Source of the DNA: Abditibacteriaceae bacterium
GTDB taxonomy: Bacteria; Armatimonadota; Abditibacteriia; Abditibacteriales; Abditibacteriaceae
Assembly: GCA_031425655.1 (NCBI GenBank)
Contig: JANPJS010000298.1
Coordinates: 1 to 43,959 of the forward strand
Direction of reading: 5' to 3'
DNA: 43,959 nucleotides
Shown here: piece by piece, positions 1-8,364 of the stretch
How the letters are laid out: the number at the start of each line of letters is the position of its first letter
Position numbering within the stretch: the stretch's first letter is position 1
Notes under the pieces: model-generated
Database searches by the model: none
What the model was told of the DNA's origin: nothing
The model's input: the letters and a program-made list of their open reading frames with translations, nothing else
Position numbers and translations under genes: made by a program

Positions 1-91
1 TTTTCGACTGTCGTTCAATACTTTTGTTTGATTTTATTCGCTACTTGTGTCAATTGCGTTTGTGGTAAAGGCAACTATAAAGGGTATATAA

Positions 92-421
92 ATGTGGTTT
101 CTCAACATTGAAGGGAATAAGGTGGCAAAAAGGGAAGCATCCAATTTGTTTGAGCCATTTCCGGTTGTCTCTAATACGACAATTCAAAAAATAGCGTTGG
201 ATATGAAAGGCCAACTCTGGATAGTTCTTGATGCAGACGCTAAACACAGTCTTGTTATTTGGAATTTGACAAAAGAATCTCCTGAAACCGTTATTCCTTG
301 GCAGACAGGTAATATAGAGATGGGCGCCGTTTCTAATATCGTCATTGCAGGCATCGCGGGCCAAACCAAAATCAGCACCTTAAGTTATGGCGTGGCACCG
401 CAAGCCGCGCCGGGAAGATAG
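92..421 (+). CDS. Hypothetical protein, possibly a fragment of a beta-propeller-like protein
   Basis: 109-aa ORF in AT-rich DNA. IQKIALDMKGQLWI resembles a propeller blade. The last ~25 codons run into GC-richer sequence next to the 21-bp array. Confidence 0.35.
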   Translation: MWFLNIEGNKVAKREASNLFEPFPVVSNTTIQKIALDMKGQLWIVLDADAKHSLVIWNLTKESPETVIPWQTGNIEMGAVSNIVIAGIAGQTKISTLSYGVAPQAAPGR

Positions 422-435
422 GACGCGCGCCGATA

Positions 436-647
436 ATTTAAGCGTTCGTGCCGAAGATTACGTCGTGCCGCCGGAAAATTAAGTCGTGTAGAGCGTCGGC
501 TAAGTCTCTTTTTAGTTCCACTCAATCGAATAGGGCGTTGCCTAAGCCGATAAAATCGAAAACTAAGACCAAAGTAGCGCCCGCAAATCCCATAAAGGTG
601 TTTGTTAAGATGAATAAGCTGTAAACTAAGCCTCTGGCGCCCCAAAT
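436..647. repeat. Degenerate 21-bp-periodic tandem array (~9-10 units), consensus about TAAGNCN-N7-YG-N4-C
   Basis: TAAG at 480, 501, 543, 564, 606 and 627, all in exact 21-nt phase. Variants at 459 (TACG), 522 (TCAA) and 585 (AAAT). CG/TG at unit positions 15-16 in six units. Confidence 0.75.
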
Positions 648-670
648 TTCATCGCAGAGGAGAAAACAAA

Positions 671-1381
671 ATGGCCGATACGATAAACAACGACGCGACG
701 ACCGCACCAGACGGTAACGCACCAAAAACTCCGAAGCAGCGCGCGGCGCAGGATAAACAGCTTGTCAACACGGCGGTTGCCGCCGGGCAAATGCTCGATA
801 AGGCCATTGGCACGCCTGAAATCGCAGCCGCCTTAGCGCAGAACGGCTATCCTCTGGCCGCGCTAAACGCCGGACGCAGCCTCGCCTCGCAGGTGCAAAC
901 TACCATTCAAGCGCGTCAAGACACCGACGCCGCGCAGGACGCCGCTGCTACCGCCAAAAGCGCCAAAACCAAGCAGGTGCGCGCTGATTTCGCCAGCTTT
1001 CGCAAGCGCGGAGCGGCACTTTTCAAGAGCAGCGCCGAGCGCACCGCGTTGGGCTTGTCCGGCCCGGTTCCCGGCGATCAGCAGTTGTTTCTCAGCTTCG
1101 TGCGCGCCGCTTATGCCGCCGCGCAAAACGCGCCTTACGCCGCCACGCTGGCTCAATATGGTTTCAGTAGCGCCGCCATCACCGCACGCCTTGCTGACAT
1201 TGACGAATTGGATCGCTTGACAAGCGAACACGATTTGGCGCAAGGTGCCGGCACTTCGGCCACCAAAACGCGCGATACCGCTTATGCCGCCTTGACCGCG
1301 TGGCTCAATCAATTCAAACCGATTGCTTCCGATGTTTTGTCCGCCGTGCCGGGCGCCAAAGCGCAGCTTGGTCTTAAATGA
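671..1381 (+). CDS. Ala-rich, predicted alpha-helical hypothetical protein with two internal ~100-aa repeats
   Basis: 236-aa ORF with GAGGAG RBS. Repeats AAALAQNGYPLAAL...FRKRGAALF..ALGL and AATLAQYGFSSAAI...FKPIASDVL..QLGL. Followed by a terminator. Confidence 0.85.
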   Translation: MADTINNDATTAPDGNAPKTPKQRAAQDKQLVNTAVAAGQMLDKAIGTPEIAAALAQNGYPLAALNAGRSLASQVQTTIQARQDTDAAQDAAATAKSAKTKQVRADFASFRKRGAALFKSSAERTALGLSGPVPGDQQLFLSFVRAAYAAAQNAPYAATLAQYGFSSAAITARLADIDELDRLTSEHDLAQGAGTSATKTRDTAYAALTAWLNQFKPIASDVLSAVPGAKAQLGLK

Positions 1382-1415
1382 TAGGGGCAAGGCTCTGGGT
1401 TCGTTGTAGCCCCGC

Positions 1416-1450
1416 AAAAAAACGAGGCGCGAAATTCGCGCCTCGTTTTT
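1416..1450. terminator. Bidirectional intrinsic terminator
   Basis: AAAAAAACGAGGCGCGAAATTCGCGCCTCGTTTTT, a GC-rich stem with A- and T-tracts, between convergent genes. Confidence 0.85.
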
Positions 1451-1477
1451 GTTTGGCTGACGGGATTACTTTGCGGT

Positions 1478-4400
1478 TCAAGGCGTGATTGTCCAATCGC
1501 CGAGATCGTCCCAACCATCGGATAGGGCGCCCACATCGCGCACGAAGAGATACAGGTTTTGCGTGCCGACGAAATTAACCGTCGGCGTGAGTTGCCATGT
1601 AACGGCCAGAGCGTTTCCGCTTATCGTGACGGTTGTCGCGGCGCAGTTGAGGCTGGCTTTTGAGGTCGTAATGATGTGGTTGGAGCCGGGCGCGAAGCCG
1701 CCTATCCAGCCGCTGTCCGTATCGTTGCGCAGATAAAGCAGGTTGCTTCGCACGTTGTAATAGCAGCGCAGCGCACTTCCCGTGCTGGTGCTCGGCCCGA
1801 TATGGAAATACACGATATCAAGGTTGCGAGCGCCGTTCGGGTCACTGAAATTGGTGGTGATACTGCGCGCAAGGCCTTGTTTCGTGCTGCCGGAAGCGGG
1901 AGCCACGCTGACGTTCAGCGGCGCCAAATTGCCGTTAATCTGCCATGCGCCTAACATCGTGTAGCCGTCGCTTTGGCCCTTGCTGTCTTTGGCATACAGG
2001 TAAAGATTCTGAGTCGAACCCGCCAAACTGCTATTGGGCGTGATGCTCCAACGCACGATCACTTGATTTTCAAACTTTTCGGCGCTCGTTTGCGCGCAAT
2101 TGAGGCTGCCCTGACTGTTGCTGATGCTATTGCTCGAACCCGGCGCGAAGCCGCCCAGCCACGTCGTGCCGGCGTCGTCGCGCACATACAGTTTGTTGGT
2201 TGTCGCCGCATAATAGCATTGCAAAGCGTTTTTGGCATTCAAATCGTCGCCGATGTGAAACAGAACGGCGTTGATATCGGCGGCGCCGTCGGCATCGGAA
2301 GCCGTCGTGGTGAAAAGGCGCGCGGTTCCAGGATTACTCGCGCCGCTGCTTGGCGTAACGCTTTCGACCGAAGGCGCTGCGTTGCTTTGCAGAATCCAGG
2401 CTAAACGAAACGCTTGCGTTTCGCCGTTTTTGCCGTCCACCGCGATGCGGTAAGTCACGCCCGCTGTCACGGGAAATTCGATGCGGCTGGCAATTCCGCC
2501 GCCCACGTCGTCGTTTTCCGCCAGCGAAGTCAGTCCGGTCAGCGCCGCGCCGCTATAAGCCGCGATCACGGTGTCCAAAACGCTGCCGCTTGTCGTCAGA
2601 GTTAATTGTCCGCTCGCGGGCGCCGTCCAGCGGAACCAGAGCGAAGCACCCAAAGTGCCGGCGTGCGCCGGTTCGCCGTTTTGCGGTGTCGCCGCATAAT
2701 TGAACCCGGAAACCGTGCCTTCAGCGCCGGAAAGCGCACGCGCCGTGGCAAAATGGTCGTTGCCATACCACGTCAGGATTGAAGCGCCGCTCGCGGATTG
2801 GAAACCGTCTATGGCGATGTGATAAATCGTGCCCGCAGTCGCCGTAAAGCCCAGTGCGCTTTGCACCGACGCGCCATCGTCGTTGGAAACCACTTGGCTG
2901 AGGCTGCCCAGCGCCGTGCCGGTGTAAACCGCGAGAAGAGTGTCGAAATCGCTGCCCGCCGTGGTGAAAATAAAGCGTCCGTTGGACGGCGCCGTCCAGC
3001 GATACCAGATCGAGTGCGAGGCCGGATTTCCGGCGTGTTCCGGCTCGCCGTTTTCGGCTGTAGCCGTCGTGGTATTGCCCGCCGCGCTGCCGTAAGCGCC
3101 GCTGATAGCCTGCGCGTTGGCAAACGCATCGTTGGCTGGTGGCGGCGGTGCGGTGCGGAAGCTCCATGTGTAATCGTCCGCCGGTGTGCCCTGACTTGTG
3201 CCGTTCACGTTGCCGTCTAAGGTGCGATTCGTGGTGTCGGCGGCAGAGCCTAAAATCTTCGCAGTGACAAGGGTGTCCGCCGCGAAATTGGCTGACGGCG
3301 TGAAAGTCATCGTTTTGTTGCCGTCACTCCAAGCGAAGCTGCCGGCAACGCTCGGAGTGATGCGAAAAGCGCTTTGTGCGCCGGCTTTTTGCATCGCGCG
3401 CGTGAACGAAACACGCAGCGCCGGGCGCATAGGCTGGCCCGTGCCGGTCGGCGAAACTTCGGCGACGACGGGCAACGCGGTTGGGCCGGACAACGCCAGC
3501 GAACGCGCCAAATTGAGGCGCCCGCCGCTGACGACCTTGCCTTGCCATTGCGACAAGCGATCTACGCCCGCCAACAGCACTTTTTTCAAATCCGCAACGC
3601 TCATCGCATTGTAATATCCGGCCAACAGCGCCGCCGCGCCCGCAACGTGCGGCGTTGACATCGAAGTGCCGCTCAGCGTCGAATAAGTGCCGGTTCCGGG
3701 CACCGTGCTGAGAATGCCGACGCCCGGCGCGGCAAGATCAACCGAAGTCGCGCCGTAATTGGAAAAGCCCGCTTTGTCGTCGCTGGAATTGGAAGCGGCA
3801 ACTGTAATGATGCTCGGCGAAGTGTAATTGGCGGGATAATTGGGCACCGCGTCGTTGTCGGAGCCTTCGTTTGAAGCGGCCACAGCATTCAAAATGCCGG
3901 CGTTGCCCGCCGCGTCCATGGCGTCTTTGAGCGCCTGCGAATTATCGGCGCCGCCCCAACTGTTGTTGGTGACGCGAATGTTCACGCCTCTTTGCTTCAT
4001 CGCCACGACATATTGAAAGCAGGTAATAACGTCTTCCAAAGTGCCGTCGCCGCCGCTGTCCAGAAACTTCAAGGCCATGATCTTGACGTTCCAGTTGACT
4101 CCGGCCACGCCTTTGGCGTTGTTGCCGATGCCGCCGATGGTGCCGGCGCAGTGCGTGCCGTGATGGTTGTCGTCGAAGGGATTTGAGTCGCCGTTCACGG
4201 CATCTATGCCGTAAACGTCGTCCGTGTAGCCGTTGGCGTCGTCGTCCACGCCGTTTTTCTCTTTGCCGCTGCCGCTTTCGCCGGGATTGCGCCACATATT
4301 CGCGGTCAGGTCTTCGTGGTTATAGGCCACGCCGGTATCAATGACCGCCACAACCGTGGAAGCGCTGCCCGTTGTCGTATCCCAAGCCGTCGGCGCGCTG

Positions 4401-4795
4401 ATTTTCGTCATGCCGTAAAGACTGCCGTAGCTGGCATCGTTGGGCACGGTGCTGGCGCGATAAACGTAATTCGGCGAGGCCGCGATCACGCCCGGCTGCT
4501 TTTGGTAAAACGCTATGGCCTGAGCCACGCTCAAGTCTTTGGGAAGCTTAACTTTCTGCCAGCCGATGAAACCGAACGTTTTCACGGTGCGGGCGCCAAG
4601 ATTGACGTTGGTTTTATGCGCCGAAAGCGAAGCCGGCCCGGCCCCGAATTTCACCAGCAACTCGCCGGATTTGTAGCGCGAAGCCCGCACGTCGGGCCGA
4701 CTTTTGGCTTTTAGCGCCGACGAATCGCCGGGCTGCGCCACTGCCACGGGCGCGCACAACAATAGAGCGGCTAAAAGATATATGGCTAATTTCAT
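1478..4795 (-). CDS. Secreted S8 (subtilisin-like) serine protease with an Ig-like (Big_5-like) domain, two PPC-like repeats and two C-terminal ~150-aa repeats
   Basis: Signal peptide MKLAIYLLAALLLCAPVAVA. Catalytic motifs VAVIDTG, HHGTHCAG and SGTSMSTPHVAG. ND(A/H)FA..A..LSG repeats. ATG at 4795 preferred; TTG at 4807 is an alternative. Confidence 0.93.
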   Translation of the reverse strand: MKLAIYLLAALLLCAPVAVAQPGDSSALKAKSRPDVRASRYKSGELLVKFGAGPASLSAHKTNVNLGARTVKTFGFIGWQKVKLPKDLSVAQAIAFYQKQPGVIAASPNYVYRASTVPNDASYGSLYGMTKISAPTAWDTTTGSASTVVAVIDTGVAYNHEDLTANMWRNPGESGSGKEKNGVDDDANGYTDDVYGIDAVNGDSNPFDDNHHGTHCAGTIGGIGNNAKGVAGVNWNVKIMALKFLDSGGDGTLEDVITCFQYVVAMKQRGVNIRVTNNSWGGADNSQALKDAMDAAGNAGILNAVAASNEGSDNDAVPNYPANYTSPSIITVAASNSSDDKAGFSNYGATSVDLAAPGVGILSTVPGTGTYSTLSGTSMSTPHVAGAAALLAGYYNAMSVADLKKVLLAGVDRLSQWQGKVVSGGRLNLARSLALSGPTALPVVAEVSPTGTGQPMRPALRVSFTRAMQKAGAQSAFRITPSVAGSFAWSDGNKTMTFTPSANFAADTLVTAKILGSAADTTNRTLDGNVNGTSQGTPADDYTWSFRTAPPPPANDAFANAQAISGAYGSAAGNTTTATAENGEPEHAGNPASHSIWYRWTAPSNGRFIFTTAGSDFDTLLAVYTGTALGSLSQVVSNDDGASVQSALGFTATAGTIYHIAIDGFQSASGASILTWYGNDHFATARALSGAEGTVSGFNYAATPQNGEPAHAGTLGASLWFRWTAPASGQLTLTTSGSVLDTVIAAYSGAALTGLTSLAENDDVGGGIASRIEFPVTAGVTYRIAVDGKNGETQAFRLAWILQSNAAPSVESVTPSSGASNPGTARLFTTTASDADGAADINAVLFHIGDDLNAKNALQCYYAATTNKLYVRDDAGTTWLGGFAPGSSNSISNSQGSLNCAQTSAEKFENQVIVRWSITPNSSLAGSTQNLYLYAKDSKGQSDGYTMLGAWQINGNLAPLNVSVAPASGSTKQGLARSITTNFSDPNGARNLDIVYFHIGPSTSTGSALRCYYNVRSNLLYLRNDTDSGWIGGFAPGSNHIITTSKASLNCAATTVTISGNALAVTWQLTPTVNFVGTQNLYLFVRDVGALSDGWDDLGDWTITP

Positions 4796-4834
4796 CAATT
4801 TTCTCAAAGATTTGCGCCGAAGCCGTTGAATGAC

Positions 4835-4993
4835 TCAAAGCAAGGCGCGAAATTGCTGCTCCGTCAACCCGGCTCCGCGCACAATAATGCCCATAGTTAT
4901 GGCATTGACGGGATTATGGCGCGGAATTGTCACCGTATGCGAGCCATCCGACATAATTATGTGACCGCTTTCCCGCACAATCCGAAATCCTAA
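4835..4993 (-). pseudogene. hicA: N-terminally truncated HicA-family toxin
   Basis: Manual translation LGFRIVRESGHIIMSDGSHTVTIPRHNPVNAITMGIIVRGAGLTEQQFRALL*. No start codon before an upstream in-frame stop, and no hicB in the window. Confidence 0.8.
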
Positions 4994-5102
4994 GATCGGG
5001 ACACTTTCAGGCGATGAGTAAAAAGAAGAGGCCCGTCATTCTGAGCTTGCGAAGAATCTCTGCGTATGAGCAACCATCACGCAGAGATTCTTCGCAAGCT
5101 CA

Positions 5103-5270
5103 GAGGGTGTAAACAAAGTCGTGGATTGTGTCATTCCGAGCGCAGCCGAGGAATCTTTTAGCACGGCAGCCGCGAGATTTCTCCACCCTGCCCAGAGGGC
5201 GCCCGCTCGTTCCTCGCTGCGGTCGAAATGACACTCTCGCGGAACTTTCCAGCACTTTGTTTACACCCTC
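5103..5270. mobile_element. 168-bp MITE with IS5-family (IS1031-group-like) ends
   Basis: Perfect 17-bp terminal inverted repeats GAGGGTGTAAACAAAGT (5103-5119) and ACTTTGTTTACACCCTC (5254-5270). Flanked by a 3-bp TCA duplication (5100-5102, 5271-5273). Confidence 0.8.
5187..5205 (+). repeat. GCCCAGAGGGC hairpin module, copy 1
   Basis: CCTGCCCAGAGGGCGCCCG inside a GTCATT-type REP within the MITE. Confidence 0.9.
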
Positions 5271-5329
5271 TCAGAATGACAGCGCTTCTTGAATTTGCCT
5301 GCCCAACACACTCCACTGCGTAAGGTGAA

Positions 5330-6445
5330 TTATAAGCTCGCGCGGTATTTTTCGTAATCGCCGGTGTAATATTCGACGCGCACTTTTTTGAATTCCTTCG
5401 TCGAAAACAGCAAAGCGCGGTCGGTGATGCCGGTTTCGCGTTCGATGGCGTCCACGATTTCGAGACAATCGCCTTTTTTGCGGCCATGAACCATCGTGAA
5501 AATCGAATACGGCCAATCGGGATAAGTCGGGCGCTGATAACAATGCGAAACCGCAGAAAACGCCGCCATTTTGGCCCCGACTTCGGCGCAGCGCTCTTCG
5601 GGCACTTCCCAGACGGCCATGGCGTTGGAAATGTAGCCGGCATCGCGGTGATGCATGACGGCGGAAAAACGCCGTAATAGCTTCGCTTCCTGCAATCGCG
5701 CAGCGCTCATGAAAAGCTGTCCGGTCGTGATGCCCAACTCCTCGGCCCACGCATCGAAAGGACGCGCTTCCAAAGCCAAATCTTTTTGCAGAATGCGCAC
5801 GAGTTCCTGATCTTCGGGCGACGGCGTCGGGAAAACCTCTATTTTGCTCCACGAGTGCTTGACTTCGCTTTTGCGCAGCAAATCGGCTTCGCCGCTCATG
5901 TCCAGCACCACGCCGATTTTGAACAATTTCAAGGTCGGCAGCAGCCACGTTTTTTCGGCGCCGGTCATGGCGTGCAATTCGTCCACGTCGCGCTGCAAAT
6001 CGCCCGACGGCGGAACCGCGACGGTAAACCACAAATTATAAGGATGATTGCGCTCGTAGTTGTGCGACACGCCCGGATGGCGATTGATAATATCAGCCGC
6101 TTCTTGAATCCGTTCGGGCGCCACGCGCATGGCGACCAGAGAAGTGCGATAACCCAGGCGGCGCGAATCGAAAATCGCCGAAATCTGGCGCAGCACATGA
6201 AGTTCTTTGGCTTTGCGCAGGCTGGCCAAAACTTCGTCTTCGCTTTGGCCAAGTTGCTCGCCGATGGCCGCGTAAGGCCGTTCAACAAGCGGGAAATCGC
6301 TCTGAATAATGTTGAGAACAGCGCGATCGTCTTCGGTGATGGCGGCTTTGCGCTCGCGCGCCGAAATGCGCTTTTGCTCGCCGCTTTCAAAAATATCTTC
6401 GGGATTGGTTAAGGTTTCGACGGCGGATTCATTTTCGACAGTCAT
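5330..6445 (-). CDS. ahbAB: Fused siroheme decarboxylase (AhbA-AhbB / NirDL-like, two Lrp/AsnC-like modules)
   Basis: IQSDFPLVERPY, PGVSHNYER..YNLWFT, VSHCYQRPTYPDWPYSIFTMVHG and LFSTKEFKK motifs. Confidence 0.88.
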   Translation of the reverse strand: MTVENESAVETLTNPEDIFESGEQKRISARERKAAITEDDRAVLNIIQSDFPLVERPYAAIGEQLGQSEDEVLASLRKAKELHVLRQISAIFDSRRLGYRTSLVAMRVAPERIQEAADIINRHPGVSHNYERNHPYNLWFTVAVPPSGDLQRDVDELHAMTGAEKTWLLPTLKLFKIGVVLDMSGEADLLRKSEVKHSWSKIEVFPTPSPEDQELVRILQKDLALEARPFDAWAEELGITTGQLFMSAARLQEAKLLRRFSAVMHHRDAGYISNAMAVWEVPEERCAEVGAKMAAFSAVSHCYQRPTYPDWPYSIFTMVHGRKKGDCLEIVDAIERETGITDRALLFSTKEFKKVRVEYYTGDYEKYRASL

Positions 6446-7650
6446 TTTAAAAGTTCCTTTACGGCTTCGGTCATCGCCTCGGCGCCGATGAAAAGCGCGG
6501 TTTCGTCAATGTTGAATTTCGGATGATGGTGCGGATAAACCGCGCCGATGGCTTCGTTGCGCCCGCCCACGAAAAAGTAGCAGCCGGGGACTTGTTGCAA
6601 AACCAGCGACATATCTTCGGCGCCCATCGTCGGCTCAAATTCGACCACGTTTTCGACTCCGACGACGCGCTCAAAAGCCGGACGCACACGTTCGACAATG
6701 GCCGCGTCGTTTACAGTCGCCGGATAGTCGCGCTGATAATTGAATTCACCAGTCGCGCCGAAAACCGGCGGCAATTCTTCGACGATTTCGCGGCAGCGCC
6801 GCTCTAAAAGCGCGCGCACTGTTTCGTCGAAAGTTCGCACCGTGCCTTCGAGATGCGCTTCGCCGGGAATGACGTTGAAGGCGCCGCCCGCGAAAACTTT
6901 GCCGATAGTCACGACGCCGGCATCCAGCGGTTTTACGTTGCGCGAAATCGTGGTTTGCAGCGCCAGCACGACTTGCGCGGCGATGACAATCGGGTCAACG
7001 GTTTGGTGAGGCATCGCGCCGTGTCCGCCTTTACCGATAATGCGCGCCGTAAAATGATCGGTGCTGGCCATGACCGGCCCGCTTTTTACGGCGATCTGTC
7101 CGACTTCGATTTCGCTCCAAATATGCAGCGCAAGCGCGAAATCGGGCTTCGGATCGCACAATAAGCCATCGTCAATCATGCCTTGCGCGCCGCCCAAACC
7201 TTCTTCGGCGGGCTGGAACATGAATTTGATGGTGCCGTGCAAATTGGCCTTGTCCTGCGCCAAAAGCCGCGCGACTGTCAATCCGGTCGCGGTGTGCGCG
7301 TCGTGCCCGCAGGCGTGCATCGTGCCGCTGCTCTGTGATTTCCAGGCCCAGTCGTTTTCTTCGAGAATCGGCAGCGCATCCATGTCGGCGCGCACCAAAA
7401 CGCAAGGCCCGTCAAAACCGCCGCGCAAGATGCCGACGACACCGGTTTTTCCAACGCCTTCTCGCACTTCCAGCCCCAGTTCACGCAACCGCGCCGCCAC
7501 GATGCTCGCCGTTCGCACTTCCTCGAAACCAAGTTCAGGATGCGCGTGAAAATCGCGGCGCAGCGCCACAATGTCCTCGTGCCACGCCAAGCCCAGCGAT
7601 GGCGCAACGGCGTTTTCAGAAAGCGGCGGCAGCGTGAAATTTTGCATCAT
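6442..7650 (-). CDS. M20D-family amidohydrolase
   Basis: RRDFHAHPELGFEE, RADMDALP, MHACGHDAH, FQPAEEG, GGHGAMPH and HHPKF motifs. Start placed at the ATG after an AGGGG RBS. Confidence 0.92.
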   Translation of the reverse strand: MMQNFTLPPLSENAVAPSLGLAWHEDIVALRRDFHAHPELGFEEVRTASIVAARLRELGLEVREGVGKTGVVGILRGGFDGPCVLVRADMDALPILEENDWAWKSQSSGTMHACGHDAHTATGLTVARLLAQDKANLHGTIKFMFQPAEEGLGGAQGMIDDGLLCDPKPDFALALHIWSEIEVGQIAVKSGPVMASTDHFTARIIGKGGHGAMPHQTVDPIVIAAQVVLALQTTISRNVKPLDAGVVTIGKVFAGGAFNVIPGEAHLEGTVRTFDETVRALLERRCREIVEELPPVFGATGEFNYQRDYPATVNDAAIVERVRPAFERVVGVENVVEFEPTMGAEDMSLVLQQVPGCYFFVGGRNEAIGAVYPHHHPKFNIDETALFIGAEAMTEAVKELLK

Positions 7651-7657
7651 TCGCCCC

Positions 7658-7712
7658 TTTTGAATGTTGAATCTTGTGCAATTCAAAATTCAAAATTCTC
7701 AATTCAAAATTC
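7658..7712. repeat. 7-mer (ATTCAAA) tandem/inverted intergenic repeat
   Basis: TTTTGAATGTTGAAT...ATTCAAAATTCAAAATTCTCAATTCAAAATT. Confidence 0.8.
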
Positions 7713-7713
7713 T

Positions 7714-8364
7714 TTAAAAAACGTCGCTGGCGCCGCGAATCAGGCCCATCATTTCCATGCGTGTCGGCAAGTCGAGAAACACGCCGCGCATGGCCGAAGT
7801 CGTCATTTTCGAGTGCTGCTTTTCAACGCCGCGCATCACCATGCACAAATGAATGCCCTCGGCCACAACGCCGACGCCCGCCGGATTCAGGTAGCATTCG
7901 AGAGCATCGGCAACCTGATTTGTCAAGCGTTCCTGCACCTGCAAACGGCGCGCGAACATATCCACAATGCGCGCGATTTTCGAGACGCCGATGATTTTGC
8001 CGTTGGGAATATACGCGACGTGGCACTTGCCGAAAAATGGCACCATATGATGCTCACAGAAGGAATAAAACTCGATGTCGCGCAGAATCACCATCTGGTT
8101 GTTGTCTTCGTGGAACACCGCGTTGTTGACGATTTCTTCCAACGATTGCTGGTAGCCCTGCGTGAAAAACCGCATGGCGGATGCGGCGCGATCCGGGGTT
8201 TTGAGCAGGCCTTCGCGCGCCGGGTCTTCGCCTATGTCTTGAAGAATTTGCCGATACAAATCGGCCATGTTGTCCGTGCCGACAAATTCTTCCTCCATGT
8301 TTTGTCCGGTTGCGCGGTTTGGGTTTTCACCGGACGGCGCTTCAATATCGTGTTCTAAGCTCAT
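7714..8364 (-). CDS. folE: GTP cyclohydrolase I
   Basis: [31 protein letters not shown] and HLCMVMRGV motifs. Confidence 0.97.
   Translation of the reverse strand: MSLEHDIEAPSGENPNRATGQNMEEEFVGTDNMADLYRQILQDIGEDPAREGLLKTPDRAASAMRFFTQGYQQSLEEIVNNAVFHEDNNQMVILRDIEFYSFCEHHMVPFFGKCHVAYIPNGKIIGVSKIARIVDMFARRLQVQERLTNQVADALECYLNPAGVGVVAEGIHLCMVMRGVEKQHSKMTTSAMRGVFLDLPTRMEMMGLIRGASDVF

Larger units (their letters stand above)
5035..5280. repeat. GTCATT-type REP-like palindrome interrupted by a MITE
   Basis: GTCATTCTGAGCTTGCGAAGAATCTCTGCGT...ACGCAGAGATTCTTCGCAAGCTCA[insert]GAATGAC. A second copy of the left arm is at 43917-43942. Confidence 0.85.

Noticed and set aside
436..647. CRISPR array
   Set aside because: The period is only 21 nt with a ~4-nt conserved anchor. 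There are no 23-47-nt identical repeats and no cas genes.
5187..5205. Hairpin module as sequencing-adapter contamination
   Set aside because: Copies vary (A/G, 18 vs 19 nt), occur in both orientations and only inside repeats, and match no adapter I recognise. A read-level check is still advised.
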